64,000 nt of DNA from a virus (IMGVR_UViG_3300029305_012082:32001-96000); one strand, 5' to 3'. Shown: positions 46,063-55,805, counted from the first letter of the stretch. The notes: generated by a model from the letters alone, not told the origin. Made by a program: numbers and translations.

Positions 46063-46332
46063 ATGGTCACACCAGCCCTGGTAAAACAGAAAGCTCAGGC
46101 ACTGAATGCCATTATGGAGGCATTCGAACACTACTATCTTGAAGTATTGGAGATAGGTCACTCGGATATGGATGAAAGAGAAATAAATCTCAGGGATAAT
46201 GGATGCAACGCATTCTACCTTATTCGAGAAATGCTTTCCAACTTGACCGCCATCATGGACGAGTTAGCTGGACATATGGAAGTTTGCAATGCAATTGCTG
46301 CAATTAACAAAAATAAACAGGGAGGAAAATAA
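46063..46332 (+). CDS. hypothetical protein
   Basis: AAGGAGG RBS. Confidence 0.7.
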   Translation: MVTPALVKQKAQALNAIMEAFEHYYLEVLEIGHSDMDEREINLRDNGCNAFYLIREMLSNLTAIMDELAGHMEVCNAIAAINKNKQGGK

Positions 46333-46335
46333 TAA

Positions 46336-46839
46336 ATGGAAAGTGTAAAAGAACTCCAGAAGAACACAGCGGTTATTGAAAGCAAATCTCACTCCATCCG
46401 TGCGATTCTGAAAGATGGAGAAACACTGTTCGCAGCGAGAGATATTCTCCAAGCGTGTGGTATCAAGTATCCGGGGCGATGGATGAATCGTGTAAGGCAC
46501 GAATTCCCCAATAAGTACCCCGAAGAAAAACTCACTTATCCATTCATGACCGATGGAGGATTGAGAGGAATTAAGATGATATTCGTTTCTGAGAATACCG
46601 CTATGAAGATCTTAGAGGCGACACCTTGTACCCAAGAGATGAAGAAATGGCTTATAAAAGATGTGCTTACATACAAAATCGATACAGACGCTCATTGTCG
46701 GCCGGGCACAGCACATGAAGGATTGGTCATTGAAGAAAAAGAACAATGTGCCAATCATTCGGCTGAAGAACTCAACCGAATGATCGATAGGATTTTGATT
46801 GTATTGTTGGAAATGAAAAAAGCTGTTACCATCCAGTAA
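46336..46839 (+). CDS. Bro-N-like DNA-binding/antirepressor protein
   Basis: IRAILKDGETLFAARDILQACG...FVSE...KKWL pattern. Confidence 0.65.
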   Translation: MESVKELQKNTAVIESKSHSIRAILKDGETLFAARDILQACGIKYPGRWMNRVRHEFPNKYPEEKLTYPFMTDGGLRGIKMIFVSENTAMKILEATPCTQEMKKWLIKDVLTYKIDTDAHCRPGTAHEGLVIEEKEQCANHSAEELNRMIDRILIVLLEMKKAVTIQ

Positions 46840-46844
46840 CAAAA

Positions 46845-46873
46845 CAGTCACCATGAAAATCTCATGGTGACTG
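46845..46873. terminator. hairpin after Bro-N-like gene
   Basis: CAGTCACCATGA/TCATGGTGACTG. Confidence 0.55.
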
Positions 46874-47064
46874 CATTTGAAAGATTATACCTTGCGGATA
46901 CGGCGATTCCAGCTTATCACAAACAACAATACATCATTAGGAGCAAGAAAAAAGCTCCATCCTGTAAAATCACAACGACAAAATGTTTCACGGGAAACAC
47001 AACGGTAATTTCTGACCAGAAATCGCTTTACTGTAAAATATTTGTGACTATCACCGATTTACTA

Positions 47065-47092
47065 TTGACATAGACGGTAGGTGTGTTACGAT
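47065..47092 (+). promoter_or_regulatory. phage promoter motif
   Basis: TTGACA-TAGACGGTAGGTGTGT-TACGAT. Confidence 0.75.
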
Positions 47093-47142
47093 AAGTATGA
47101 AGGTAATCACCTTCAATATAAGCCGGGTAGGAGGTAAACGAA

Positions 47143-47280
47143 ATGGAGCCTGATGCCATGACTGTAGCTGAGCTGATTGTTTTTCTGGAAACTCTTGCAG
47201 AGAACGTAGAGCTTAAAGCAGCAACCGGCGCAGACGCAGCGCAGATTATTCGTGAGAAAATCGGAAATCTAAAGGCGTAA
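47143..47280 (+). CDS. 45-aa hypothetical protein
   Basis: AGGAGG RBS; manual translation; followed by GGGGTCAG/CTGACCCC hairpin. Confidence 0.65.
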   Translation: MEPDAMTVAELIVFLETLAENVELKAATGADAAQIIREKIGNLKA

Positions 47281-47402
47281 AAAAGGGGTCAGCTGCAACC
47301 TGACCCCAAATCCCCCAGAACTAAAGAGGGGCGGTGGTGCCTACCCACCACTCGCTCCTCCATAATACCATCAAGGGTAGGAAAAATCAAGGAGGCCGTC
47401 AA

Positions 47403-47570
47403 GTGTTTGCTGTAGTTATTGCATATCCCACAGGAAAGCGAGATCTGATCGATTTTGCATCCTGCCCTGAGGAAGCTGAAGAAATTATAGAAACAGTTTG
47501 CCGCAACAATGGTGGCCGCCAATACCTCTACGAGAAGGGCGTTCGCTTTCAAGTGGAACTGGCATTTTGA
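47403..47570 (+). CDS. hypothetical protein
   Basis: AAGGAGG then GTG start. Confidence 0.55.
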   Translation: MFAVVIAYPTGKRDLIDFASCPEEAEEIIETVCRNNGGRQYLYEKGVRFQVELAF

Positions 47571-47583
47571 GGAGGAATGGTAC

Positions 47584-47949
47584 ATGAGCAGATTGACACG
47601 AGAAGACTGGGAAGTCTACGGTATTTTGAGAAGTGTTCGTGGCAAGAAATATGCTGAGAACTGGCGTCACAGCCGTAATAAGAAAAATGCGGATTATGGG
47701 ATTGGTCTCCCCAGAAAAGATCATGAATGGAGGCTCGTCAAAGAATATGGAATTGATGGCTATCTCATCAAACGCTTTGTTTCTGGACACATGACAGCTG
47801 CCGAAAAAGCCAGATTCGAAGAAGACAATTGGGTTCATGCACCTGCAACGGCCTATGACTGCACTGGAAAGCCGTTTACCAGTTGGATTTCGTTCCACGA
47901 AGTTCCCGAAGGCACATGGGTCTATCACATGATCTCGTTTGATGTTTAA
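47584..47949 (+). CDS. hypothetical protein
   Basis: GAGGAGG RBS; YDCTGKPFT motif. Confidence 0.7.
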   Translation: MSRLTREDWEVYGILRSVRGKKYAENWRHSRNKKNADYGIGLPRKDHEWRLVKEYGIDGYLIKRFVSGHMTAAEKARFEEDNWVHAPATAYDCTGKPFTSWISFHEVPEGTWVYHMISFDV

Positions 47950-47965
47950 GCAAGGAGACACTACA

Positions 47966-48298
47966 ATGGAAAAGAAAATCGTGCTGATATACCCGTCCGA
48001 GGCTGTCGGACTGATCGCAGATCTCGGAAACGGGGAGCCGACTGACAATGGCGACAGAACCAGTAGATACATCAGCGTCGCCAAGGGATACGGCGAGAAG
48101 ATGGGGAAGACGGTCAAGGTAGCCTTGATCGAAGAAAAGGCGCTGTTGCCTCAGAAGGAATGGGGCTATGCGCTCCATATCATCAACGATGTGGACATGA
48201 CCAACTGTCGGCTGATCAGAACTATCGGCCTTTCGGAGGACGAACTCATCCAACTACTCGGAACGATCCTCGAAGAGCTTGAGAAAGGAGCAATGTAA
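47966..48298 (+). CDS. hypothetical protein
   Basis: AAGGAG RBS. Confidence 0.65.
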   Translation: MEKKIVLIYPSEAVGLIADLGNGEPTDNGDRTSRYISVAKGYGEKMGKTVKVALIEEKALLPQKEWGYALHIINDVDMTNCRLIRTIGLSEDELIQLLGTILEELEKGAM

Positions 48299-48300
48299 CG

Positions 48301-48591
48301 ATGAGCTACGAGCAGGCTATGCGGCACTCCCGAAACCACCGCAAGGATCGCTTCACTCAGCAGTGCGGTGGTCCAGTTCACGAGCCTGATGCGACGTGGA
48401 CGCCTGACCAGACAAGAGCGAACGAGCTTTGCTCCCTTGAGCGAATAGCAGAGAGGGAACAGGATTACCCCATCTACATCAAGTCGCTGTCAGGCGGCGT
48501 ATATGTGACCGTGAGTGAGCGTGACAGCTTCGCTACGAAGATCGAGAGCCGGGATGAACTGAATGATTTCATCCGGGATTTAGTGGTGTAA
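48301..48591 (+). CDS. hypothetical protein
   Basis: AAGGAG RBS. Confidence 0.65.
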   Translation: MSYEQAMRHSRNHRKDRFTQQCGGPVHEPDATWTPDQTRANELCSLERIAEREQDYPIYIKSLSGGVYVTVSERDSFATKIESRDELNDFIRDLVV

Positions 48592-48629
48592 ACGAAAATG
48601 GATTTTCCGAAAAATATTCACAGGACCTA

Positions 48630-48657
48630 TTGACTAGGTAGGTAGGTGTTGTAACGT
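48630..48657 (+). promoter_or_regulatory. phage promoter variant
   Basis: TTGACT-AGGTAGGTAGGTGTTG-TAACGT. Confidence 0.65.
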
Positions 48658-48703
48658 AAAGTAAAGAAAACCACACAGAACAACAAGAATGGAGGAAACG
48701 AAA

Positions 48704-48838
48704 ATGCTGATGGAACTTGTTATGGCACTTCTCACCGCCGGAGATGAAAAGGAAAAAGAGAAAGCATACAGAAATCTTGAAAGAGTAGGGGTCGACCGCA
48801 TTACTGCCGACATAATGGCAGCAGAGTTCAAATCGTAA
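48704..48838 (+). CDS. 44-aa hypothetical protein
   Basis: GGAGG RBS; manual translation MLMELVMALL... Confidence 0.6.
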   Translation: MLMELVMALLTAGDEKEKEKAYRNLERVGVDRITADIMAAEFKS

Positions 48839-49017
48839 TCGACAGGATTGGTTCCTTACCTCGTTTTCTGCTGGCAGGGAGCGTCGCATTTAAGCGGCTT
48901 TTGAACTTTCGTGCCTTGCCAATAAAACAACACACCAAAACAAAAAGGCCGATACAAAGCATTCAGCGCCTTCATACAGCCCAACCTTACCGACCGGAAA
49001 ATTCACAGGAGGAATTC

Positions 49018-49389
49018 ATGCGAAAACTTACCAAGAAACAAATCGAGCGGCTTGCCCTAGAAATTAGACGCTTTCTTCTGAATCGTGACATGTGGGTTGA
49101 TGTCACTATCTATTTCAACGGCAAGGCAATCAGCACAGACGACAGAAACGGGAACTTCGGATACAACGATCCGGACAAGCTTTTTATTCTGGAAAACATG
49201 AACCCGAGGGATTACTTCTTGTATGCGGGTGATATCCTCAGCATGAGTTTTGAAGGCGACTTTTACGACGTTCTCAACTATGATTGCTGGCCTGCCGCAA
49301 AAAAACATTTCGAAGACCTTCTCTCCAAATACGGCCTGTATTATGAACTTGGCAATTCGTGGAACCTTACAGTTGCTATGAAAGGATAG
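49018..49389 (+). CDS. hypothetical protein
   Basis: AGGAGG RBS. Confidence 0.7.
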   Translation: MRKLTKKQIERLALEIRRFLLNRDMWVDVTIYFNGKAISTDDRNGNFGYNDPDKLFILENMNPRDYFLYAGDILSMSFEGDFYDVLNYDCWPAAKKHFEDLLSKYGLYYELGNSWNLTVAMKG

Positions 49390-49397
49390 AAAAGAAC

Positions 49398-49772
49398 ATG
49401 AAAAAAAAGAAATCGTTGACCGATCTGCTTTTCAAAAAAGCTGATGATCTCGGCTGGAGCATTTATCGTGACGAATATGGAGATTTGGAATTCAGTAAAC
49501 ATAGCCCTTTGGGAGAAGACTTTTCGTTCTATATTGGAGGCAGAGACATCGTAAAAGAGGTTCTTGAATACTACGAATACTTCGATCCTGATGAACACTG
49601 TAAGATGTGGATTGAAGCGCAGGGGCGTGTAGCGGGGGTGCCCAGAAGTATCCGCGATCTCATTGATGATGCAGAAGCCATCGACGAGATGCTGAAAGAA
49701 CTGGCTTATGCACTCATGGGTGTAGAACAGGAGCTCAGAGATGAAGATGAGGAGGGAGAGGAAGATGATTGA
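49398..49772 (+). CDS. hypothetical acidic protein
   Basis: SPLGEDFSF...FDPDEH pattern. Confidence 0.7.
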   Translation: MKKKKSLTDLLFKKADDLGWSIYRDEYGDLEFSKHSPLGEDFSFYIGGRDIVKEVLEYYEYFDPDEHCKMWIEAQGRVAGVPRSIRDLIDDAEAIDEMLKELAYALMGVEQELRDEDEEGEEDD

Positions 49773-50082
49773 TGCAACCAATTGCCCACATTGCGGCAAG
49801 TTTTCGGCTCCAAGAATTCAATTTACATACGAAGGTGAGCCGTTCTGGGTTTGTCGCCATTGCGGTGTTATGATTTATGACCGCAGATGGTACAAATATG
49901 TTGCCAAAAAGGAAGCAACAGAAATCGTGGAATACCGTGGCCGGCGGGGGTTATTTGTTCTTGATACAGGCGCTGGATACATCGGGATCGACAACTCGAC
50001 TGGAGATGCATGGTTCGAGGAGTTCCCAGATCTCTTTGAGTGCCTGATGTGGCTGGCTGGCGAAAAGGAGGCAGAAGAATGA
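49765..50082 (+). CDS. Zn-ribbon hypothetical protein
   Basis: CPHC...CRHC; IDNSTGDAWFEEF. Confidence 0.7.
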   Translation: MIDATNCPHCGKFSAPRIQFTYEGEPFWVCRHCGVMIYDRRWYKYVAKKEATEIVEYRGRRGLFVLDTGAGYIGIDNSTGDAWFEEFPDLFECLMWLAGEKEAEE

Positions 50083-50477
50083 CAAAAGCAGAACTCCGTG
50101 CGGAACTGATGAAGGGCCGCGCACTGGATGACATTCTGTACTTCATCGACGGTCAGGAGTGCCTGATTTTCAAGGCTGACCGGTTCGTTCCCGGAGATGA
50201 AGTTCTGTACATCCCTGACATCGACTTGAACCAGATCCCGGTCGACCTCAACCTGAGCCGCAATAACTCGATGATGGATGAGGCGTTACACGGTTGGGGT
50301 CCGATGACGGCAGAGGAACAGGTCACGGTCGTTCTTTCGTACTGCTACACCGGTGATGACTTCATCAAAGAGTGCGGCGGAGACGAGGAGAAGGCAAGAT
50401 ACCTGTTCTATTACTGCGATTGGCAGCATCCAAGCTCCGCATACCCTGAGATCTGCGAGTTGGAGGAGGTTGTATGA
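50079..50477 (+). CDS. hypothetical protein
   Basis: AAGGAGG RBS; GQECLIFKA and CDWQHP. Confidence 0.7.
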   Translation: MTKAELRAELMKGRALDDILYFIDGQECLIFKADRFVPGDEVLYIPDIDLNQIPVDLNLSRNNSMMDEALHGWGPMTAEEQVTVVLSYCYTGDDFIKECGGDEEKARYLFYYCDWQHPSSAYPEICELEEVV

Positions 50478-50659
50478 AGCGGTATATTCTGAGGGCGTGG
50501 TATAAAGCAGCATACGGAAAATGGGCAATAGCCGATTTTGTAGTAACTCGTCCAACCGTTTCTCCGGAAGGAGTGTACGCCACAAGCAGAACGGCTTGGG
50601 GTGGAGAAATCCGAAATTTTTATCCGTTACATACAGTGTTGAGCTTGAAGGAGGAATGA
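50474..50659 (+). CDS. hypothetical protein
   Basis: GGAGG RBS; ATGA overlap. Confidence 0.6.
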   Translation: MKRYILRAWYKAAYGKWAIADFVVTRPTVSPEGVYATSRTAWGGEIRNFYPLHTVLSLKEE

Positions 50660-50665
50660 AAACGA

Positions 50666-51175
50666 ATGGGCAGAGGCAACGTATGTGTTTCCGACGATTT
50701 TGAGGGGCTGTACTATGTTGACAATGATTATCTTCATATTTACAGGACGACCGACACCTATCCGGGAGAACCCGAATATAAATCTATGGGAGATCTAGAT
50801 TACGAAGAAATCTGTAGTGATAATTGGGAATTCGACGAGATCCAGAGCCGAATTGAACTTGAAGACACAGAGATAAACCTTACTGCATACTTGAAAGAAC
50901 GTTTCAAAAGCTTTGTAGATTGTAAAAAATGGATAGAGCACGATCGCTATGCGCTCCTAGAAAACAACCTGTTCTACATCGCAGAGGCAGACAATCAGTG
51001 GAGCATGGCTTTTATGCTTATTCAGAAGGATCATCCTTACATGGACCTAAGCGGGCTTCAGCAGCGACATTATCAAACATATCTTGATGGCATCAGAGAC
51101 GGACTGTTCGAAATGTTCCCGACACTCGGCACCTATGCAGGCGCATGGACAAGCGGAACGATCAGACGCCAATAG
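50666..51175 (+). CDS. hypothetical protein
   Basis: AAGGAGG RBS. Confidence 0.7.
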   Translation: MGRGNVCVSDDFEGLYYVDNDYLHIYRTTDTYPGEPEYKSMGDLDYEEICSDNWEFDEIQSRIELEDTEINLTAYLKERFKSFVDCKKWIEHDRYALLENNLFYIAEADNQWSMAFMLIQKDHPYMDLSGLQQRHYQTYLDGIRDGLFEMFPTLGTYAGAWTSGTIRRQ

Positions 51176-51208
51176 GAAGAAAAAACTTCGCATAGGAAGA
51201 TATTCCAC

Positions 51209-51236
51209 TTGACACGGTAGGTAGGTAAGCTACGAT
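51209..51236 (+). promoter_or_regulatory. phage promoter motif
   Basis: TTGACA-CGGTAGGTAGGTAAGC-TACGAT. Confidence 0.78.
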
Positions 51237-51272
51237 AAAGTCACAGAAAACATAGAAAGCCGAGGATATAAA

Positions 51273-51509
51273 ATGGAAGAACGGATCAAAAAGGAAATTG
51301 CTTATCTCGAAATGGAGCTGGACGACCATCAGCAGCGAAGAGACAGACTTGTTTCTGAACTGAAAGGAGATATCCAAACGTATACTGATTATCAGGTTGT
51401 GACATTCCTTCCCGGCAAGATCAAAGACATCGCATATGAACGTCAGAAGATTTCTGAGATTTCTGATCAGATTAGAATGCTCCGTCACCTGCTTGCAAAT
51501 GCAGGTTAA
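51273..51509 (+). CDS. coiled-coil hypothetical protein
   Basis: ORF directly after promoter. Confidence 0.65.
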   Translation: MEERIKKEIAYLEMELDDHQQRRDRLVSELKGDIQTYTDYQVVTFLPGKIKDIAYERQKISEISDQIRMLRHLLANAG

Positions 51510-51558
51510 TAACGCAAATGGGAGTCATCGGCATAGGCCGATAATAATTTCGATCGAC

Positions 51559-51574
51559 TTTACCGATCGGTAAA
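51559..51574. promoter_or_regulatory. palindromic operator-like site
   Basis: TTTACCGATCGGTAAA. Confidence 0.7.
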
Positions 51575-51596
51575 ACTTGAAAAAGGAGATATAAGA

Positions 51597-52379
51597 ATGA
51601 ATGTGAACTGCGGCAACTGTAGCCACCAAATTGTCGGCACTCTTTCTGGTTTAAGAAACGAAGAAGGCTGGCATATCGCATGCCCTGAGTGTGGAACTTC
51701 TGTCACCATGGAGGAACTGCCCCGCCGGATCATCATGGTTTTTGATTTCGATGAAACTGGCGAACACTTCACCGATGACCTTCTCGCAGACACTCGTTCT
51801 CGGGATTTTGAAGCGTTTGAAACCCCCAAGGAGTTTCTGGATTCTTGGAAGGTTCTTGTCCAAAAACCCGATGGGATGTGGTACTGGATTATTGACAATG
51901 GCGAGATCTTCTGTTCCGGACCTGTCGACGTCAACGACATTTACTGCATCGTCGATCATTTTGATGGAGAGCAGCTATTTCAAGGCCGGCCTTCCAAGAT
52001 TCAGGAATTCAATATTACCGTTTCGCAGAAAGTTGTACTCACTGTTGAGGACATTGATGACATTATGGTCGGAGCACTTGAAGGTGGAATCAATTACTGG
52101 TGCAAGGAAGCTGAAGTGATCGAAGAGAAACGGGTTGCGGCATGGGGACACGAGCAGATCGCCAGAGGTGGAGTCTTGATGCTCCACGATAGATATGAAG
52201 ATGAAGTGTACGAGCTTACCAGAACCAAGTTCATTGCTGGCTTCCAAAAATGGTTCGAAAACGGCGGATACGAAAGTGGCGCAGTGAGCGGCGGAAAGGT
52301 TGACTGCTGTTTGATTGATGCGATCGAGGCTGACATGATTGTGCAGTATGCTTTGTTTGGCAAGCTCGTCTATTGTTGA
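51597..52379 (+). CDS. multidomain hypothetical protein with N-terminal Zn ribbon
   Basis: CGNC...CPEC; ALEGGINYW...IDA..AD.IVQYALFG. Confidence 0.7.
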   Translation: MNVNCGNCSHQIVGTLSGLRNEEGWHIACPECGTSVTMEELPRRIIMVFDFDETGEHFTDDLLADTRSRDFEAFETPKEFLDSWKVLVQKPDGMWYWIIDNGEIFCSGPVDVNDIYCIVDHFDGEQLFQGRPSKIQEFNITVSQKVVLTVEDIDDIMVGALEGGINYWCKEAEVIEEKRVAAWGHEQIARGGVLMLHDRYEDEVYELTRTKFIAGFQKWFENGGYESGAVSGGKVDCCLIDAIEADMIVQYALFGKLVYC

Positions 52380-52392
52380 GGGGTTGAGTGCG

Positions 52393-53214
52393 ATGGGAAG
52401 AAAAAGATATGATGACTTATTGGGTATGAAGTTCTCCAACCTTCTGGTCATCAAACAAGCAGAAAGCAGCCGAACCGGCTGCGCTAGGTGGATATGCAGA
52501 TGCGAGCTTTGCGGAAGCGAAACGGCCATTTTTGCATCAAACCTAAAAAACGGAAGAACCAAGATGTGCAAATCTTGTTCAGAGAAAAGAAAGACGACAC
52601 ACGGGTTATCCCGCGACCGAATTTATCCTGTATGGCAAGCCATCCTCCGCAGATGCGAAAACCCGAAAAATGAACACTACCACGACTACGGAGGCAGAGG
52701 AATAGCTGTTTGCGAGGAATGGCACGATCTCAGAACATTTGCTAAATGGGCATATAGCAATGGCTTCGCCCCCTCCGCAAAGAGGGGCGAATGTACGATT
52801 GAGCGCAGAGATGTAAATGGCAATTACTGCCCCGAAAACTGTTTCTGGGCTAACATGAAGACGCAGGGCAGAAACAAGAGAAACAACCGACTGCTTCAGA
52901 CGAGCGAAGGTGACAAAACAATCACAGAACTCTCCGAAAACGCAGGTATTCTCGCAACTACTGTTTCTGGGAGAATAAAACGTGGCTGGAGCATCGAGGC
53001 AGCGCTGAATATACCAGTAGATAAACGCAGAGGAGGACACCGAAAGCCTGTCCTGTGCGTAAATGACGGAAAACTGTATGGATCACTCATAGATGCGGCA
53101 ACAGCGTATGAGCTGAGCTATGACAAAGTGAGGAGAGCCGTCGACACTGACAAGGATGTAGATGGCTATATATTCGCAACGAACTATGAGGAGGGATGCC
53201 AAAATGGATTATGA
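52393..53214 (+). CDS. free-standing HNH-like homing endonuclease with NUMOD1-like tail
   Basis: W.CRC..CG, YGGRGIAVCEEW, TIERRDVNGNYCPENC.W and KPVLC...Y.S..DAA motifs. Confidence 0.8.
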   Translation: MGRKRYDDLLGMKFSNLLVIKQAESSRTGCARWICRCELCGSETAIFASNLKNGRTKMCKSCSEKRKTTHGLSRDRIYPVWQAILRRCENPKNEHYHDYGGRGIAVCEEWHDLRTFAKWAYSNGFAPSAKRGECTIERRDVNGNYCPENCFWANMKTQGRNKRNNRLLQTSEGDKTITELSENAGILATTVSGRIKRGWSIEAALNIPVDKRRGGHRKPVLCVNDGKLYGSLIDAATAYELSYDKVRRAVDTDKDVDGYIFATNYEEGCQNGL

Positions 53215-53374
53215 GACTTTTGTGAAGCTGAAGCAGCTCTGCCAGGAGTGCGAAGGCCGTGGATGCACCTACAATCACGACGGTGAGTGCCGCTTCGCCT
53301 TGGTACACGAGAGGAAGCCTGAAATCAACGACATCGACGGCTGTGTTGACTATGACTATACGGAGGAAAACTGA
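53204..53374 (+). CDS. small Cys-rich protein
   Basis: CQEC...C......C...C pattern. Confidence 0.6.
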   Translation: MDYETFVKLKQLCQECEGRGCTYNHDGECRFALVHERKPEINDIDGCVDYDYTEEN

Positions 53375-53502
53375 TGAGCTACATCGGCGGTGGAATGTAC
53401 GAGGCAACAACATGCCCGATCTGCGGTGAAACAATGTGGAATGGCAAGTGCGAAAATCCCGACTGTTACTTCCACTGGCACCCGATGGATGACGACGATT
53501 GA
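53374..53502 (+). CDS. 42-aa Zn-finger protein
   Basis: GGAGG RBS; CPICG...CENPDC; manual translation. Confidence 0.6.
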   Translation: MSYIGGGMYEATTCPICGETMWNGKCENPDCYFHWHPMDDDD

Positions 53503-53523
53503 AAAACAAAAGGAGAGATCATA

Positions 53524-53832
53524 GTGACGAAGTTTGTAAGGGAGATCCAGCCGCATGTTAAGCTGTATCGAGATGTCAAAAATGGAATCGCCTGGATCGA
53601 AGACGGGCGGTCCGGCCTTGGGATTAGTGTCCATCCCAACATCAGCACCTCGGGGAGCGTAAGGGGCATGAAGGACAGGGGCTACTGGGGCAAGAATGAT
53701 CGGATAGTGAGAAGCCACGGTTGGGTCTATAACATCGACAGGTTTGTCTGCAACAAGGATGACGAGCTTGAAATGATTGTAGCCAACGAATGCATGTGCG
53801 AATCGTGCTGGGAACGAAGAAGACAGGAATAA
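53524..53832 (+). CDS. hypothetical protein
   Basis: AAGGAG RBS; HPNISTSGSVRGMK. Confidence 0.7.
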   Translation: MTKFVREIQPHVKLYRDVKNGIAWIEDGRSGLGISVHPNISTSGSVRGMKDRGYWGKNDRIVRSHGWVYNIDRFVCNKDDELEMIVANECMCESCWERRRQE

Positions 53833-53865
53833 CGTAATCGCCCACCGGGCAGAAAGGATAGCACC

Positions 53866-54330
53866 ATGAGTTACAAAGTGACCATCAACACGGAAGAATA
53901 CAAGCCTCGTCGCTGCAGCAAGACCAACTGGGAGCCTGGCACCATGAACGACTACATGGCCGCCATCAATGGCTGGCACACTACCGAGCGCAGCCTGAAA
54001 GAGGTCGAATGGCGTCTTATGATGTTCCAGGGCTCTTGCCGTCCTGTCTCTGAGTGGGACGAAGAAAAAGGGGATTACTCGGACAGATACCAGCGCTGGG
54101 AATCCAAGAAGTGCAACAAGGTCACTTACCTCGACCGGCTTTGTGGATTTGAGAGAACCCAGAATGTCACCGGATATGGCTTTACCCAGGGCTACTTCAG
54201 CATTGGCAAAGTGCTTGACGAGCTGAAGGCAAAAGGCGTTGTCAGAATCCCCTTTAGCTGGCTTTATGATGCCAGACAATACTGCAAGAACATGAACGGA
54301 TGCTACATGGAGATCCGGAAGGAGGGCTGA
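53866..54330 (+). CDS. hypothetical protein
   Basis: AAAGGA RBS. Confidence 0.7.
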   Translation: MSYKVTINTEEYKPRRCSKTNWEPGTMNDYMAAINGWHTTERSLKEVEWRLMMFQGSCRPVSEWDEEKGDYSDRYQRWESKKCNKVTYLDRLCGFERTQNVTGYGFTQGYFSIGKVLDELKAKGVVRIPFSWLYDARQYCKNMNGCYMEIRKEG

Positions 54331-54332
54331 CA

Positions 54333-54536
54333 ATGGCACGACATTCGTACAGAGGGAAAGACGGGCGTTTTGAACGATGCACGGTTCAGAAGCTTTTCGG
54401 CATCCAAGCGAACGAAAAAGGCAATCAATACCGGTGCCTGAATTGTGGCCATGTGTTTGCCCCTATCATCGAATCAGGGCGCTGCGTTAAATGCCAAAGC
54501 ACCGAGATCACACTGGTAAAGGAGGATTTGTTGTGA
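54333..54536 (+). CDS. Zn-ribbon protein
   Basis: CLNCG...CVKC. Confidence 0.6.
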   Translation: MARHSYRGKDGRFERCTVQKLFGIQANEKGNQYRCLNCGHVFAPIIESGRCVKCQSTEITLVKEDLL

Positions 54537-54612
54537 TTACTTTTACGGACACTTGTGCGAACGTGCCGACAACTGGAGCTTCCGTATTATCACAACCTAA
54601 GGAGAGTAAAAC

Positions 54613-54831
54613 ATGAGAATTCCGAAATATATTGATGATGCTCTGAGAAAGCGGACAAAAGCAGCTCAAGCCTTTAACAAATATGACTGGATTGTGTCTC
54701 ACTGGCTAGACGACCATGGAATTGGGGACGAAATCGACACTGCCAATACTCACGGAGGCGTGGAAAGTATTGTCAATCCTACGGTTGCGGAGAGAATAAT
54801 TCGAAATGCAATCTATTTTAAGGAAGGATGA
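54613..54831 (+). CDS. hypothetical protein
   Basis: AAGGAG RBS. Confidence 0.65.
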   Translation: MRIPKYIDDALRKRTKAAQAFNKYDWIVSHWLDDHGIGDEIDTANTHGGVESIVNPTVAERIIRNAIYFKEG

Positions 54832-55010
54832 TGAAGATGAAGAACAGCGGAAAGATTGTTGCGCTCATTGAGGCGTACATCGAACTCGCTCAGGATAATA
54901 GCTATGACGACAGCAAGATCATCGACGCCTTGACCGACATTTTCAACCGTGAGGAGTTGGAGGAACTCGGGTATGCGGAGTTCGTCCGAGCCTACTTCGA
55001 GGAGGACTGA
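54828..55010 (+). CDS. hypothetical acidic protein
   Basis: ATGA overlap. Confidence 0.6.
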   Translation: MMKMKNSGKIVALIEAYIELAQDNSYDDSKIIDALTDIFNREELEELGYAEFVRAYFEED

Positions 55011-55012
55011 CG

Positions 55013-55291
55013 ATGAAAGATATCCAATGCAAAAACTGTACTCAACTTAAAGCTGCATGGTGCGACAAGAAGATCGACTCCCCCGACCCGGAGCTTGTTC
55101 ATGATTGCCGGGACTTCAAACAGATCACCGAACACGATCACATCTGCGGCATGAGCGACGAAGAAATGGCGTTGTGGCTTTCTAACATCATCCGCAGCTG
55201 TTGGGATTGTTTCATTCGACACACCTGCAATAACAAGAATGCTTGCGCCGACAACTTTCTAGAATGGCTTAGATCGGAAAGGGTGAAGTGA
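55013..55291 (+). CDS. Cys-rich hypothetical protein
   Basis: GAGGAGG RBS; MSDEEMA.WL...WL.SE. Confidence 0.65.
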   Translation: MKDIQCKNCTQLKAAWCDKKIDSPDPELVHDCRDFKQITEHDHICGMSDEEMALWLSNIIRSCWDCFIRHTCNNKNACADNFLEWLRSERVK

Positions 55292-55292
55292 T

Positions 55293-55805
55293 ATAAAAGG
55301 AAAATATGATGCCTTTACGGAGACAGTAGCTGACACTGTTTTCGCAGAAATCAATAAAGGGAAGTGTCTCGATGATTGGATTTCTCTGCTTGTTAATATC
55401 CCTCTTCCGGCCTTCGTTGCAACCGGAGGGAAAATTGTCGTACTTGGCAACGAGAATAAAAGAGTCAAGCGGTATCTGATTACGCTCGTAGAGAATGATA
55501 ATTGGGTGCGTGCCGAAACCACTGCGTCCGCCGGTAGGGATGATCTCATTGCCGCCGTTTCTCGTATTCTCGACCAGCGTGTTACTCAACAAAAGAGTGC
55601 TCGAAAGAAACGGCCCAAATACCGAAAAGGAGACAAAATTCAAAGCCTCGACGAGCTTGCGAGACAGGAGTTCATTTTCTTTCACGATAAGGTCTACCAC
55701 AGAGGATGGTTCGGTTCGTGGCAGCTCTCGTGGTGTGCGGCCAGGATCAAGTTAGGTGAGCTTCAGTATGCGATAAAGGAGGGAAATGATGAAGGCGAGA
55801 AGTAA
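55293..55805 (+). CDS. hypothetical protein, possible ATA start (ORF track starts at 55506)
   Basis: Frame open from 55287; GGGTGA-6nt-ATA. Confidence 0.5.
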   Translation: MKGKYDAFTETVADTVFAEINKGKCLDDWISLLVNIPLPAFVATGGKIVVLGNENKRVKRYLITLVENDNWVRAETTASAGRDDLIAAVSRILDQRVTQQKSARKKRPKYRKGDKIQSLDELARQEFIFFHDKVYHRGWFGSWQLSWCAARIKLGELQYAIKEGNDEGEK

